Shown: one piece after another, positions 1 to 12,288 of the stretch | How positions within the stretch are numbered: position 1 is the first letter of the stretch | Layout of the letters: each line of letters begins with the position of its first letter | NCBI GenBank assembly: GCA_950097015.1 | Contig: CATNEN010000038.1 | Coordinates: forward strand, 23,374,001-23,438,000 | DNA length: 64,000 nucleotides | Reading direction: 5' to 3' | From: Macrostomum hystrix | Lineage: Eukaryota > Animalia > Platyhelminthes | Translations under genes and position numbers: made by a program | Notes under the pieces: generated by a model | Databases searched by the model: none | Seen by the model: only the letters and a program-made list of their open reading frames with translations | What the model was told of the DNA's origin: nothing

Positions 1-262
1 GGTTGCTTCCAGTCCTGAGAGACGCCTCGGAGCACAGCGACGATTGTCTCGTTTTAAGGCCTGGGCAACTACTCCTTGCTGTCACTAGCGGTCCGTGGTT
101 CGAAGCGGACCACCATGTCACGAAGCATATTAACAGGGTTTAATGCGTGAGAATGTCGATCCACTGCCAAGATTGGCCATTAACAAAATGCTTAAAAGCA
201 GCAAAGTTTCGCGAACGTGAGACGATGAGCCAGCCATATTTTTTAATCCCTTCTTTTTACAG

Positions 263-1126
263 CCTTCACGTAGTAACCAACAGCAACAGCAACAGCAGCA
301 ACAGGCTGCCAAGCGCTCCAGGAGAGACGATGAAAACAACATTGGCAAATTGAAGGCTGAACGCAGCATTAATTATTCGTCATATTCCTCAGAGGACGAC
401 GCCAATGATTTAGAAGTCAAGCGTGGCCATTGGAAACTGGAGACTGCGTCTCCGTCTCCGACGACGTCGCTGCCGCAGCCACCGCCGCTGCTTCGCCAAT
501 CTGTCAGTCTTAACTATACTTTGCCGCCGCATGCCATTCAAAGAATCTTAATGCCCGGCTCAACTTCCGCCGCCGCCTCCGCCGCGACCTCGGCTGGCAT
601 TGTCGGCGGCTCCAGCTCCGCTTTCGTGCCGGTGCAGCAGCAGCAGCGTCTGGTGCAGGAGACCGGCGAACACAACGACAGAGATCCATCCGATGCGGAG
701 TCGCCCGAACTGGGCCCTGAGGAGCCGCAGCTAGTCAACGATGATTACATTGACGACGATGAATCCAGCTGCGAATCGTCTGCCGTTTCTCTGCAACGTC
801 GGCGTCAGCAGCAGCAGTTGCTGTTGAAGCAGCAGCACCAGCAGCAATCGTCATCTTCTTCAGCAGCCGCCGCTGGCGCCTCCGGTTCAGGTGGCGGCAG
901 AATCGCAGGCGCCGGCGACCCAGATTATCTGCATCGCAAGCGGCAGAATCGACTATTGAAAAATCGTGAAGCTGCCAGAGTTTGTCGCCAGAAGAAGAAA
1001 GACTATATCAGGTGTTTGGAGAATCGGGTCAGAATGCTCAGCGCTCAGAATCGTCAGCTGATGGAGGAGTTGGAGAAATTCAAAATTATCCTACACGAGC
1101 AGGCATTGGCAGACGGTGAGGCTTAA
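263..1126 (+). CDS. CREB/CREM/ATF1-family bZIP transcription factor (main/terminal coding exon; 5' end unresolved)
   Basis: The C-terminus RKRQNRLLKNREAARVCRQKKKDYIRCLENRVRMLSAQNRQLMEEL closely matches the CREB basic region/zipper (RKREVRLMKNREAARECRRKKKEYVKCLENRV). The frame is open from a strong acceptor TTCTTTTTACAG|263 to TAA 1126. First in-frame ATG in the exon is at 551. Q/S/A/G-rich N-terminal part. Confidence 0.88.
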   Translation, partial: PSRSNQQQQQQQQQAAKRSRRDDENNIGKLKAERSINYSSYSSEDDANDLEVKRGHWKLETASPSPTTSLPQPPPLLRQSVSLNYTLPPHAIQRILMPGSTSAAASAATSAGIVGGSSSAFVPVQQQQRLVQETGEHNDRDPSDAESPELGPEEPQLVNDDYIDDDESSCESSAVSLQRRRQQQQLLLKQQHQQQSSSSSAAAAGASGSGGGRIAGAGDPDYLHRKRQNRLLKNREAARVCRQKKKDYIRCLENRVRMLSAQNRQLMEELEKFKIILHEQALADGEA

Positions 1127-1852
1127 ACTGTGCGAGACGAATTACAAATGCGCCAAATATTATTTTAATGATTATAGCTGTAAACAAAATTTTGAATTTT
1201 ACAATCTAGGAGTTGTGACGGGATGAAGGTTTACGCTTTAAAAATATAGGGATTTATGTCTCTTAAATCTCTAAAGGTATTTTATGAATCAAATATCTAA
1301 TATTGGGATTTTATGATTCCAAGTCTCAAATGTTTGTGATAATGACTCAAATCTGAAATATTAGTAATTTATTTCTTAAGCTCTAAATATTAGAGATCGA
1401 TTCAAATCTAAAAAAATTTAATTTGTTTTCTTAATCATTTTCATTTGATCAGTAAGTTTAAAAGTCTGAAGTTTTCATATTTGATTTTATCCTATCGAAA
1501 TGCTGCAGTAGCGGTTGCTGCTTCATTAAGCCTACCAATATATAAGTGTTTAGTTGCTTCAAAGAAAGTTTAAACAATGTTAGAAACTTATCGAAAAACC
1601 GAAACTACCAATTCTAACCTAAAAGCTTATAGATTTGATGCAGAAATGCACAATAAACTAGCGGTCCAAAACTTTTTTTGTCATAAAATTATATCATTTT
1701 TCAAATAACTATTGCAAGTCATATATTTATAGTTTGCTTGTTGTTTATGTGTCCTCGTTGTCCATAAATGCTTCATGCAGTTTAGAACTGTTTAATAATA
1801 CTCTGCTTAAGAATTATCGTAAGCAACCAGTTTCAAACCCTATGCGTGTAAA

Positions 1853-2990
1853 CTGTCTGGTAAAAATCCTGTAAACAAATCTGGTAGAATCCAGTAAACA
1901 AATCTGGTAGAACTCCTGTAAACAAATCTGGTAGAATCCAGTAAACAAATCTGGTAGAACTCCTGTAAACAAATCTGGTAGAACTCCTGTAAACAAATCT
2001 GGTAGAACTCCTGTAAACAAATCTGGTAGAACTCCTCTAAAAAATCTGGTAGAACTCCTCTAAAAAATCTGGTAGAACTCTCCTGTAAACAAATCTGGTA
2101 GAATCCAGTAAACAAATCTGGTAGAACTCCTGTAAACAAATCTGGTAGAATCCAGTAAACAAATCTGGTAGAACTCCTGTAAACAAATCTGGTAGAATCC
2201 AGTAAACAAATCTGGTAGAACTCCTGTAAACAAATCTGGTAGAACTCCTGTAAACAAATCTGGTAGAACTCCTGTAAACAAATCTGGTAGAACTCCTCTA
2301 AAAAATCTGGTAGAACTCTCCTGTAAACAAATCTGGTAGAATCCTGTAAACAAATCTGGTAGAACTCCTCTAAAAAATCTGGTAGAACTCCTGTAAACAA
2401 ATCTGGTAGAACTTCAGTAAACAAATCTGGTAGAACTTCAGTAAACAAATCTGGTAGAACTCCAGTAAACAAATCTGGTAGAACTCCAGTAAACAAATCT
2501 GGTAGAACTCCAGTAAACAAATCTGGTAGAACTCCTCTAAAAAGTCTGGTAGAACTCCAGTAAACAAATCTGGTAGAACTCCTGTAAACAAATCTGGTAG
2601 AACTCCTCTAAAAAATCTGGTAGAACTCCTCTAAAAAATCTGGTAGAACTCTCCTGTAAACAAATCTGGTAGAACTCCTGTAAACAAATCTGGTAGAACT
2701 CCTGTAAACAAATCTGGTAGAACTCCTCTAAAAAGTCTGGTAGAACTCCAGTAAACAAATCTGGTAGAACTCCAGTAAACAAATCTGGTAGAACTCCAGT
2801 AAACAAATCTGATAGAACTCCTCTAAAAAGTCTGGTAGAACTCCTGTAAACAAATCTGGTAGAACTCCTGTAAACAAATCTGGTAGAACTCCAGTAAACA
2901 AATCTGGTAGAACTCCAGTAAACAAATCTGGTAGAATCCTGTAAACAAATCTGGTAGAATCCTGTAAACAAATCTGGTAGAAATTCTGTA
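1853..2990. repeat. Minisatellite, ~24-bp unit CTGGTAGAACTCCTGTAAACAAAT (22-26 bp variants)
   Basis: Tandem repeat read directly; explains ORFs 1814-3015. Confidence 0.97.
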
Positions 2991-3294
2991 AATAATCCGG
3001 TAGGAATTGTGTCAACAGTCAGATTAAAAAACTATGAACAAGTACTGTAAATATGCTTACTTTTTTCGTGTTTTGTTGTAAATTCGCCACTGTCAGAAGT
3101 TAAATTTGGAAAAAATGGAGCAATACAAAGGTTTACCGCAAAGAGGTTCGCTTCTCACTATAGTAAGTCTAGCTATTGCTTTGCTTGGCAAGTAAATCAA
3201 ATACATTATTAAATAAATCAAATTCACTTAATTTACTTTGCTTAGCATCTGTTGTTTTTTTATCAAGTTTGAAATCTTTCTACGTTAGTTGATT

Positions 3295-3860
3295 TCACCT
3301 GACACCTTCCGGTCAGTTATTAGATTCCCCACCTGACACCTCCCAGTCAGCTAGTAGATTCCTCACCTGACACCTCCCAGTCAGCTAGTAGATTCCTCAC
3401 CTGACACCTCCCAGTCAGCTAGTAGATTCCTCACCTGACACCTCCCAGTCAGCTAGTAGATTCCTCACCTGACACCTCCCAGTCAGCTAGTAGATTCCTC
3501 ACCTGACACCTCCCAGTCAGCTAGTAGATTCCTCACCTGACACCTCCCAGTCAGCTAGTAGATTCCTCACCTGACACCTCCCAGTCAGTTAGTAGATTTA
3601 AATCCTGACACCTCCCAGTCAGTTAGTAGATTTATGTCCTGACACCTCCCAGTCAGTTAGTAGATTTAAATCCTGACACCTCCCAGTCAGTTAGTAGATT
3701 TATGTCCTGACACCTCCCAGTCAGTTAGTAGATTTAAATCCTGACACCTCCCAGTCAGTTAGTAGATTTATGTCCTGACACCTCCCAGTCAGTTAGTAGA
3801 TTTATGTCCTGACACCTCCCAGTCAGTTAGTAGGTTTATGTCCTGACACCTCCCAGTCAA
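3295..3860. repeat. Minisatellite, 34-bp unit CCTGACACCTCCCAGTCAG(C/T)TAGTAGATT(CCTCA/TAAAT/TATGT)
   Basis: About 16 copies in two sub-domains. Each unit has an internal CTGAC..GTCAG inverted repeat. Confidence 0.96.
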
Positions 3861-4334
3861 TTAATGTAAGGAATGAAAGCAGTTCTGTATTCTGTCACCC
3901 ATATGCACCCATTGCTGATATGTGATTGTTTTGTCTCAGTACACAGTCGCTTTTGTGTCTATAGAGTTTTTTCAATAGTCGTTTTTTTCATTTTATTTTG
4001 GTTTTTAGCTTTTCAGACTCCGTTTTTATCGTGTTTTAGCCAATGAAACTCGTGTCTATATAGATATAAAAAACTAATTTTACGAATCATATGTAAGTGC
4101 AACAATTATTTTTAATTAAATCGTTTTACGCCTATATCAAAGCTGCTTGCGCTCAATTAAATTTGCCACTTCTGCTTGTTATTTGACTTTTAGTCTTCAT
4201 TTTTTCACACAAAACGCAGGTTATGTTACTTATATAGTAGTCTACAGAGCTTGAAAACTACGAAACAAATAAATATACATATGATGATTAATGAGTATGC
4301 TGATAATTTTTACTGAGGTTGTTGAAAATTGTCA

Positions 4335-7122
4335 CACAGACAGACATGAGAGTGTTGGAGACAGACAGACATGAGAGTGTTGGAGACAGACAGACATGAG
4401 AGTGTTGGAGACAGATAGACATGAGAGTGTTGGAGACAGACAGACATGAGAATGTTGGAGACAGACAGACATGAGAATGTTGGAGACAGACAGACATGAG
4501 AGTGTTGGAGATAGACAGACATGAGAGTGTTGGAGACAGATAGACATGAGAGTGTTGGAGACAGACAGACATGAGAATGTTGGAGACAGACAGACATGAG
4601 AATGTTGGAGACAGACAGACATGAGAGTGTTGGAGACAGACAGACATGAGAATGTTGGAGACAGACAGACATGAGAGTGTTGGAGACAGACAGACATGAG
4701 AGTGTTGGAGACAGACAGACATGAGAATGTTGGAGACAGACAGACATGAGAGTGTTGGAGACAGACAGACATGAGAGTGTTGGAGACAGACAGACATGAG
4801 AATGTTGGAGACAGACAGACATGAGAGTGTTGGAGACAGACAGACATGAGAGTGTTGGAGACAGACAGACATGAGAGTGTTGGAGACAGATAGACATGAG
4901 AGTGTTGGAGACAGATAGACATGAGAGTGTTGGAGACAGACAGACATGAGAATGTTGGAGACAGACAGACATGAGAGTGTTGGAGACAGACAGACATGAG
5001 AGTGTTGGAGACAGACAGACATGAGAGTGTTGGAGACAGACAGACATGAGAGTGTTGGAGACAGACAGACATGAGAGTGTTGGAGACAGACAGACATGAG
5101 AGTGTTGGAGACAGACAGACATGAGAGTGTTGGAGACAGACAGACATGAGAGTGTTGGAGACAGACAGACATGAGAGTGTTGGAGACAGACAGACATGAG
5201 AGTGTTGGAGACAGACAGACATGAGAGTGTTGGAGACAGATAGACATGAGAGTGTTGGAGACAGACAGACATGAGAGTGTTGGAGACAGATAGACATGAG
5301 AATGTTGGAGACAGACAGACATGAGAGTGTTGGAGACAGACAGACATGAGAGTGTTGGAGACAGACAGACATGAGAGTGTTGGAGACAGACAGACATGAG
5401 AGTGTTGGAGACAGACAGACATGAGAGTGTTGGAGACAGACAGACATGAGAGTGTTGGAGACAGACAGACATGAGAATGTTGGAGACAGACAGACATGAG
5501 AGTGTTGGAGACAGACAGACATGAGAATGTTGGAGACAGACAGACATGAGAGTGTTGGAGACAGACAGACATGAGAGTGTTGGAGACAGATAGACATGAG
5601 AGTGTTGGAGACAGACAGACATGAGAATGTTGGAGACAGACAGACATGAGAGTGTTGGAAACAGACAGACATGAGAGTGTTGGAAACAGACAGACATGAG
5701 AGTGTTGGAAACAGACAGACATGAGAGTGTTGGAGACAGACAGACATGAGAGTGTTGGAGACAGACAGACATGAGAGTGTTGGAGACAGACAGACATGAG
5801 AATGTTGGAGACAGACAGACATGAGAGTGTTGGAGACAGACAGACATGAGAGTGTTGGAGACAGACAGACATGAGAGTGTTGGAGACAGACAGACATGAG
5901 AGTGTTGGAGACAGACAGACATGAGAGTGTTGGAGACAGATAGACATGAGAGTGTTGGAGACAGACAGACATGAGAATGTTGGAGACAGACAGACATGAG
6001 AGTGTTGGAAACAGACAGACATGAGAGTGTTGGAAACAGACAGACATGAGAGTGTTGGAAACAGACAGACATGAGAGTGTTAGAAACAGACAGACATGAG
6101 AGTGTTGGAGACAGACAGAGTGTTGGAGACAGACAGACATGAGAGTGTTGGAGACAGACAGACATGAGAGTGTTGGAGACAGACAGACATGAGAGTGTTG
6201 GAGACAGACAGACATGAGAATGTTGGAGACAGACAGACATGAGAGTGTTGGAGACAGACAGACATGAGAATGTTGGAGACAGACAGACATGAGAGTGTTG
6301 GAGACAGACAGACATGAGAGTGTTGGAGACAGATAGACATGAGAGTGTTGGAGACAGACAGACATGAGAATGTTGGAGACAGACAGACATGAGAGTGTTG
6401 GAAACAGACAGACATGAGAGTGTTGGAAACAGACAGACATGAGAGTGTTGGAAACAGACAGACATGAGAGTGTTGGAGACAGACAGACATGAGAGTGTTG
6501 GAGACAGACAGACATGAGAGTGTTGGAGACAGACAGACATGAGAGTGTTGGAGACAGACAGACATGAGAATGTTGGAGACAGACAGACATGAGAGTGTTG
6601 GAGACAGACAGACATGAGAGTGTTGGAGACAGACAGACATGAGAGTGTTGGAGACAGACAGACATGAGAGTGTTGGAGACAGACAGACATGAGAGTGTTG
6701 GAGACAGATAGACATGAGAGTGTTGGAGACAGACAGACATGAGAATGTTGGAGACAGACAGACATGAGAGTGTTGGAAACAGACAGACATGAGAGTGTTG
6801 GAAACAGACAGACATGAGAGTGTTGGAAACAGACAGACATGAGAGTGTTGGAGACAGACAGAGTGTTGGAGACAGACAGACATGAGAGTGTTGGAGACAG
6901 ACAGACATGAGAGTGTTGGAGACAGACAGACATGAGAGTGTTGGAGACAGACATGAGAGTGTTGGAGACAGACAGAGTGTTGGAGACAGACAGACATGAG
7001 AGTGTTGGAGACAGACATGAGAGTGTTGGAGACAGACAGACATGAGAGTGTTGGAGACAGACATGAGAGTGTTGGAGACAGACATGAGAATGTTGGAGAC
7101 AGACAGACGGACAGACAGACAG
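4335..7122. repeat. Minisatellite, 25-bp unit AGACAGACAGACATGAGAGTGTTGG
   Basis: About 110 near-identical copies; the 25-aa periodicity of the minus-strand ORFs confirms unit length. Confidence 0.98.
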
Positions 7123-7765
7123 ACCTGGTCATTTGACAGACCTATAAACTGAAAATGATGGACTAGATAGACAATAACTTTGAGCAAATAATCCGTTGTA
7201 AAAAAACTAGTTGGAACACTTTTTCGAAGTTGTTTTCGTATTGCTTGATGTACAAGTATCAAGTGCTGCTGTTGTCACATTATTTCGTATTTATTACAAG
7301 TGCAATGATTACAAACATCAAATGGCAATTGAATTCGACAAAAATATCGGGTCGCAACTGAAGGTATTTACTGAATACAATCTGGTCCCCTCATTGTAGT
7401 TACTCTACCTGACAAATGCCGCCAGAATATTGTTTTGTGTGACCTAAATGTACATGTTTAAATGGCGTCTAGTACATAAGTAAAATGTTGCAATAAAAAA
7501 ATAACATTTTATTAAGTAAAATAGTTTGTAACATGTCCAGAGGGGCCCTGTCTTAACAACTTAAACTGTCTAATGGTTCGCCGGATTAGTCTAACAAGTG
7601 TTATATTCCGTATCTAACAGGTGTTAGAACCTGTCCAACATTCTGTTTCGTAGGGCACATTTAAAAATTAAAATTTCCTGTTTCTTGTGAGCAGCGATTC
7701 CCATAATGGATCGGATTGATTCTGTTAGTCCAGCCTTATTGAAAGCAACTTCATCACAATGCACT

Positions 7766-7923
7766 CTAACAGTCGTAATAGTGATGGTAGTGAAAGTGGT
7801 GATGATGCCGATGAACGTGACGGTGCCGGTGAACCACCTGATCGGTTCGATGTGGCCGCAGCTGCGGGTTGCTGCAGCTGTCTAAACCGCAGCTGCTCTC
7901 GCTTGTGCTGCTGCTTCTTTTGT

Positions 7924-7955
<32 letters not shown>

Positions 7956-8392
7956 CTGTTGCTGCTGTCAGTTGGTTCAACAGTGTCCGGCCTCTGAAGC
8001 CACTCAGCTACGAGCTGCATTGCCGAAATTTTTGCCTCCGCGACTGACGTCGGCGTCATCAAATTCGTCGACAAGACCTCCTGGACCTGCTCGGGTACGG
8101 ATCTGGTCGGCGACGATGGCGGAGGCGGCGGCGGAGGCGGCTCGTGCCGGCCCTGACGTCGCTCATGCTGGTGAGGCTGCGGAGGGTGCCGCGAGCTGCT
8201 GCCAGAGCCTATGCCGCAGTCGACGGAGGCGGTGGATTCGGCGCAGCCGCAAGCTGGAGCCGGCTGCGCCACGAAGGACACCCGCACCTGCAGTGACGAT
8301 GACCTGCAGGGCGCAGCCGCTGCTGAATCGCGCCGCAGGCTCAGCCGCTTCTCGATGGCCCCAGCGAGGACTCTGGTCAGCGCTGACAAATC
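7766..8392 (-). CDS. nkd: Naked cuticle homologue, terminal exon (exon 4)
   Basis: Acceptor CCTTGCCCGTCAG|GAT (phase 0). Encodes DLSALTRVLAGAI...SSLQVRVSFVAQP (cf. Nkd DITSLLHTIYEVV...KTLRVKLTVAP) and the Nkd-type C-terminal His-rich tail HRHRHVHRHHHHFHYHHYYDC*. Confidence 0.88.
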
Positions 8393-8419
8393 CTGACGGG
8401 CAAGGAGACGGGGAAGATT

Positions 8420-8634
8420 GTATCAATAGCGGTCTAACGCGTTATCCTCTCGCACCAAGGTCTCTGAGCTCGATGTTGGGCGATTCGCGCTCATAAGGGC
8501 CAACCTCCAAGGCACAGTGAGAGAGTGTACACTGCCTGACGATGAGAAAGTCAGAGCAGATGTACACACATGTGTGAGTGTCACCTAATAATGTGTCATT
8601 GCCCGCAGCACTCATGCAATTATTATGATTATTA
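8420..8634 (+). mobile_element. tRNA-derived SINE family A, copy 1 (internally deleted)
   Basis: Head AGCGGTCTAACGC...GAGCTCGAT (A/B-box-like). Core GGGCCAACCTCCAAGGCACAGTGAGAG(AG)TGTACACTGCCTGACGATGAGAAAGTCAG is shared with the copies at 23.7 kb, 35.5 kb and 54.9 kb. 3' end TTGCCCGCAGC followed by an (ATT)n tail. Confidence 0.75.
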
Positions 8635-10082
8635 TCCAGTATCCAGTATCCAATATCCAGTATCCAATATCCAGCATCCAATATCCAATATCCAGTATCC
8701 AATATCCAGTATTCAATATCCAGTGTCCAATTTCCAGTTTCTAGTATCCAGTATCCAGTATCCAATATCCAGCATCCAATATCCAATATCCAATATCCAG
8801 TATCCAATATCCAGTATCCAATATCCAGCATCCAATATCCAATATCCAGTATCCAATATCTAAAATCCAACATTCCACTATCCAGTATCTAATATCCAGT
8901 ATCCAATATCCAGTATCCAATATCCAGCATCCAATATCCAATATCCAGTATCCAATATCCAGTATTCAATATCCAGTGTCCAATTTCCAGTTTCTAGTAT
9001 CCAGTATCCAGTATCCAATATCCAGCATCCAATATCCAATATCCAATATCCAGTATCCAATATCCAGTATCCAATATCCAGCATCCAATATCCAATATCC
9101 AGTATCCAATATCTAAAATCCAACATTCCACTATCCAGTATCTAATATCCAGTATCCAATATCCAGTATCCAATATCGAGTATCCAATATGCAGTATCCA
9201 ATATCCAGTATCCAATATCCAGTATCCAGTATCCAATATCCAGTATCCAAAATCCAGTATCCAATATCCAGTATCCAATATCCAATATCCAGTATCCAAT
9301 ATCCAGTATCCAATATCCAGTATCCAATATCCAGTATCCAATATGCAATATCCAGTATCCAATATCTAAAATCCAACATTCCACTATCCAGTATCTAATG
9401 TCCAGTGTCCAATATTCAGTATTCAATATCCAGTGTCCAATTTCCAGTTTCTAGTATCCAATATCCAGTATCCAATATCCAGCATCCAATATCCAATATC
9501 CAGTATCCAATATCTAAAATCCAACATTCCAAAATCCAGTATCTCATATCCAGTATCCAATATCCAGCATCCAATATCGAGTATCCAATATGCAGTATCC
9601 AATATCCAGTATCCAGTATCCAATATCCAGTATCCAGTATCCAATATCCAGTATCCAAAATCCAGTATCCAATATCCAGTATCCAATATCCAATATCCAG
9701 TATCCAATATCCAGTATCCAATATCCAGTATCCAATATCCAGTATCCAATATCCAATATCCAGTATCCAAAATCTAAAATCCAACATTCCACTATCCAGT
9801 ATCTAATGTCCAGTGTCCAATATTCAGTATCCAATATCTAGTATCCAATATCGAGTATCCAATATCCAGTATCCAATATCCAGTATCCAATATCCAGTAT
9901 TCAATATCCAGTATCTAATATCTAAAATCCAACATTCCACTATCCAGTATCCAATATCTAAAATCCAACATCCAGTGTCTAGTGTCCAATTTCCAGTATC
10001 CAGTATCCAATATTCAGTGTCCAATATTCAGTGTCCAATATCCAGTATCTGGTCTCCAGTATCCAATATCCAGTATCCAATA
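8635..10082. repeat. 7-bp satellite (ATCCAGT/ATCCAAT)n with ~250-bp higher-order duplications
   Basis: Read directly; the marker CTAAAATCCAACATTCC recurs. Lies in nkd intron 3. Confidence 0.97.
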
Positions 10083-10105
10083 TATACAAGCATTCATTCG
10101 CCAAC

Positions 10106-10341
10106 CTCTCTAGTGATGCAGCCTCGGCCGTCGAAGTCGTACAGAGTCACCGAGCACTCGTCCTCGCTGTTGATCGGAGCCGGAACTGAGACGCGGGAGG
10201 TAGTTGTTGGCGTCTGGCTCCCGGCATCCACTGTCCCGCCCGCCCTGACAGATGTCTCCAAATTTCGGCGACTCCTCCGTCGAGTGCACTTGTCCCAGCC
10301 GATGTCGCGGCTTGCCTGCGGGTGCTGACGTGCGGCGAGAG
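10106..10341 (-). CDS. nkd: Naked cuticle homologue, exon 3 (EF-hand/EFX region)
   Basis: Open frame ending EDECSVTLYDFDGRGCITRE|GTTGGC (cf. Nkd QEWTFTLYDFDNNGKVTRE), spliced in phase 0 to exon 4. Acceptor GAGCAG| at 10342 (phase 1); an alternative acceptor at 10316 is possible. Confidence 0.85.
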
Positions 10342-10426
10342 CTGCTCAGCTAATCAGTGTGCCTAGCAACAGGCCAGCAACTAACTCAACCAGTGAAACT
10401 ACCAGAGCACTCGATCATTCCTTGGT

Positions 10427-11250
10427 GGTCACTCCTTCCCTCACTTGTCACTCCTTCTCTCACTTGTCACTCCTTCCCTTACCTGTCACTCATTCCCTTG
10501 CCTGTCACTCCTTCCCTTGCCTGTCACTCCTTCCCTTACCTGTCACTCCTTCCCTTACTTGTCACACCTTCTCTTACTTGTCACTCCTTCCCTCACTTGT
10601 CACTCCTTCTCTTACTTGTCACTCCTTCCCTTACTTGTCACTCCTTCCCTTACTTGTCACTCCTTCCCTTACTTGTCACTCCTTCCCTCTCTTGTCACTC
10701 CTTCTCTCACTTGTCACTCCTTCCCTCACTTGTCACTCCTTCCCTCTATTGTCACTCCTTCCCTCTCTTGTCACTCCTTCTCTTACTTGTCACTCCTTCC
10801 CTTACCTGTCACTCCTTCTCTTACTTGTCACTCCTTCCCTTACCTGTCACTCCTTCCCTTATTTGTCACTCCTTCCCTTATTTGTCACTCCTTCTCTTAC
10901 TTGTCACTCCTTCCCTTACCTGTCACTCCTTCCCTTACTTGTCACTCCTTCCCCTACTTGTCACTCCTTCCCCTACTTGTCACTCCTTCCCTTACCTGTC
11001 ACTCCTTCTCTTACCTGTCACTCCTTCTCTTACTTGTCACTCCTTCTCTTACTTGTCACTCCTTCCCCTACTTGTCACTCCTTCCCCTACTTGTCACTCC
11101 TTCCCTTACCTGTCACTCCTTCTCTTACCTGTCACTCCTTCTCTTACCTGTCACTCCTTCTCTTACCTGTCACTCCTTCTCTTACTTGTCACTCCTTCCC
11201 TTACCTGTCACTCCTTCTCTTACTTGTCACTCGTTCCCCTACTTGTCACT
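10427..11250. repeat. Minisatellite, 19-bp unit TGTCACTCCTTC(C/T)CTTAC(T/C)
   Basis: Read directly; 19-aa periodic ORFs in three frames. Lies in nkd intron 2. Confidence 0.97.
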
Positions 11251-12028
11251 TTATCCTCTCTTTTTAAGGCTTGCCTCAAGGCCACTCGTTTGTATAAAGT
11301 AGTAATATTAGTTCCCATGAAATTCCTTATTTACTCTTTAAAGGCCTGGCACTTCACAAAAATTCCAAGCAGACAATATATATATAGTTTCATTCAAAGC
11401 AAGCTAGTTAATTTTACGCGCATGAAATGTACCGATTTCGTCATAAAAGAGTAGGCCGCATTTCAAAGGTTGCCGAGGTCAAAGCAGAGCCGCTTTGGTG
11501 TATGTATAGCAAACTTTGATATTTGGAATTGAGGAAACTCTCGCTGTGCCCACCCGCATATGTCTGACTATTTCACAATGTCATTGTTATACATCTATAA
11601 TTGCTACTATGCAATGGAAGAAAATTAATTTTCTATGTAAAATATTCTACCGCTTCTCGCTTCCCGACTCTTCTCTTTGAAAGCAGTTTTAGATTTAGAC
11701 GGGCCATCTTTTTTATTTTTTTTTTCAGGTGTGAAGGTCCCATAGAAACTGAATACGATTGGCGAATACTACGAGCTAAAATAAAATTTTCAATTAACAG
11801 ATTTTTTTGTTTTAAATTCAGAAGGGTAGGATTGAAAGGTAGGATTCAAGTATGGATATTTTGTTGAATTGATACATTGATCGCGATTGATAGACTGAAT
11901 TTACCTAAAATCGAAAGACGAATGATAGATTGATAGATTGATTGATTGATAGATTGATAGATTGGTGTCATCGTGAATTTGGTTGACATGAATAGTATGA
12001 TTAGTTGATAAGTTGAAAATTATAAAAG

Positions 12029-12288
12029 TAATAATAATTGATTACACCTGCCCCAATCGGGCCAGCACAGCCGCAGCTAATGCGCGGCGCATCTGAAGGC
12101 TGCGAACGGCTGTTCAGTCCATGGACTGGGGGGGACGCCACACCCACCTTCAATTACCCCAGCTGATGCTGGTACCTATTTAACAGCCGGGTGAACTGAA
12201 GCAAAAGGACACAAATTGTTCCATTAGAGTCGGGAATCGAACCCCCGACCTTCTAGTAATGAGTACGACGCTCTAAGTCTAACCACTT
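12029..12288 (-). mobile_element. tRNA(Ile/Met-like)-derived SINE family B
   Basis: Minus strand reads AGTGGTTAG..AGCGTCGTACTCATTACTAGAAGGTCGGGGGTTCGATTCCC (tRNA-like with a good B box), then a body containing CACCCGGCTGTTAAATAGGTACC and an (ATT)n tail. A related fragment lies at about 24885-24950. Confidence 0.72.

Noticed and set aside
4288-7262. 350-976 aa Cys/Ser/Leu-rich ORFs on the minus strand
   Set aside because: All three frames are open because a stop-free 25-bp unit is repeated; the same peptide appears in every frame.
7759-8496. 245-aa Cys-rich ORF on the plus strand
   Set aside because: Antisense shadow of the nkd terminal exon (CAG/CTG tract) that runs into a SINE.
12215-12288. 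Intact tRNA gene
   Set aside because: The acceptor stem is missing and the D/anticodon arms are disrupted; it is followed by a SINE body and tail, so it is treated as a SINE head.
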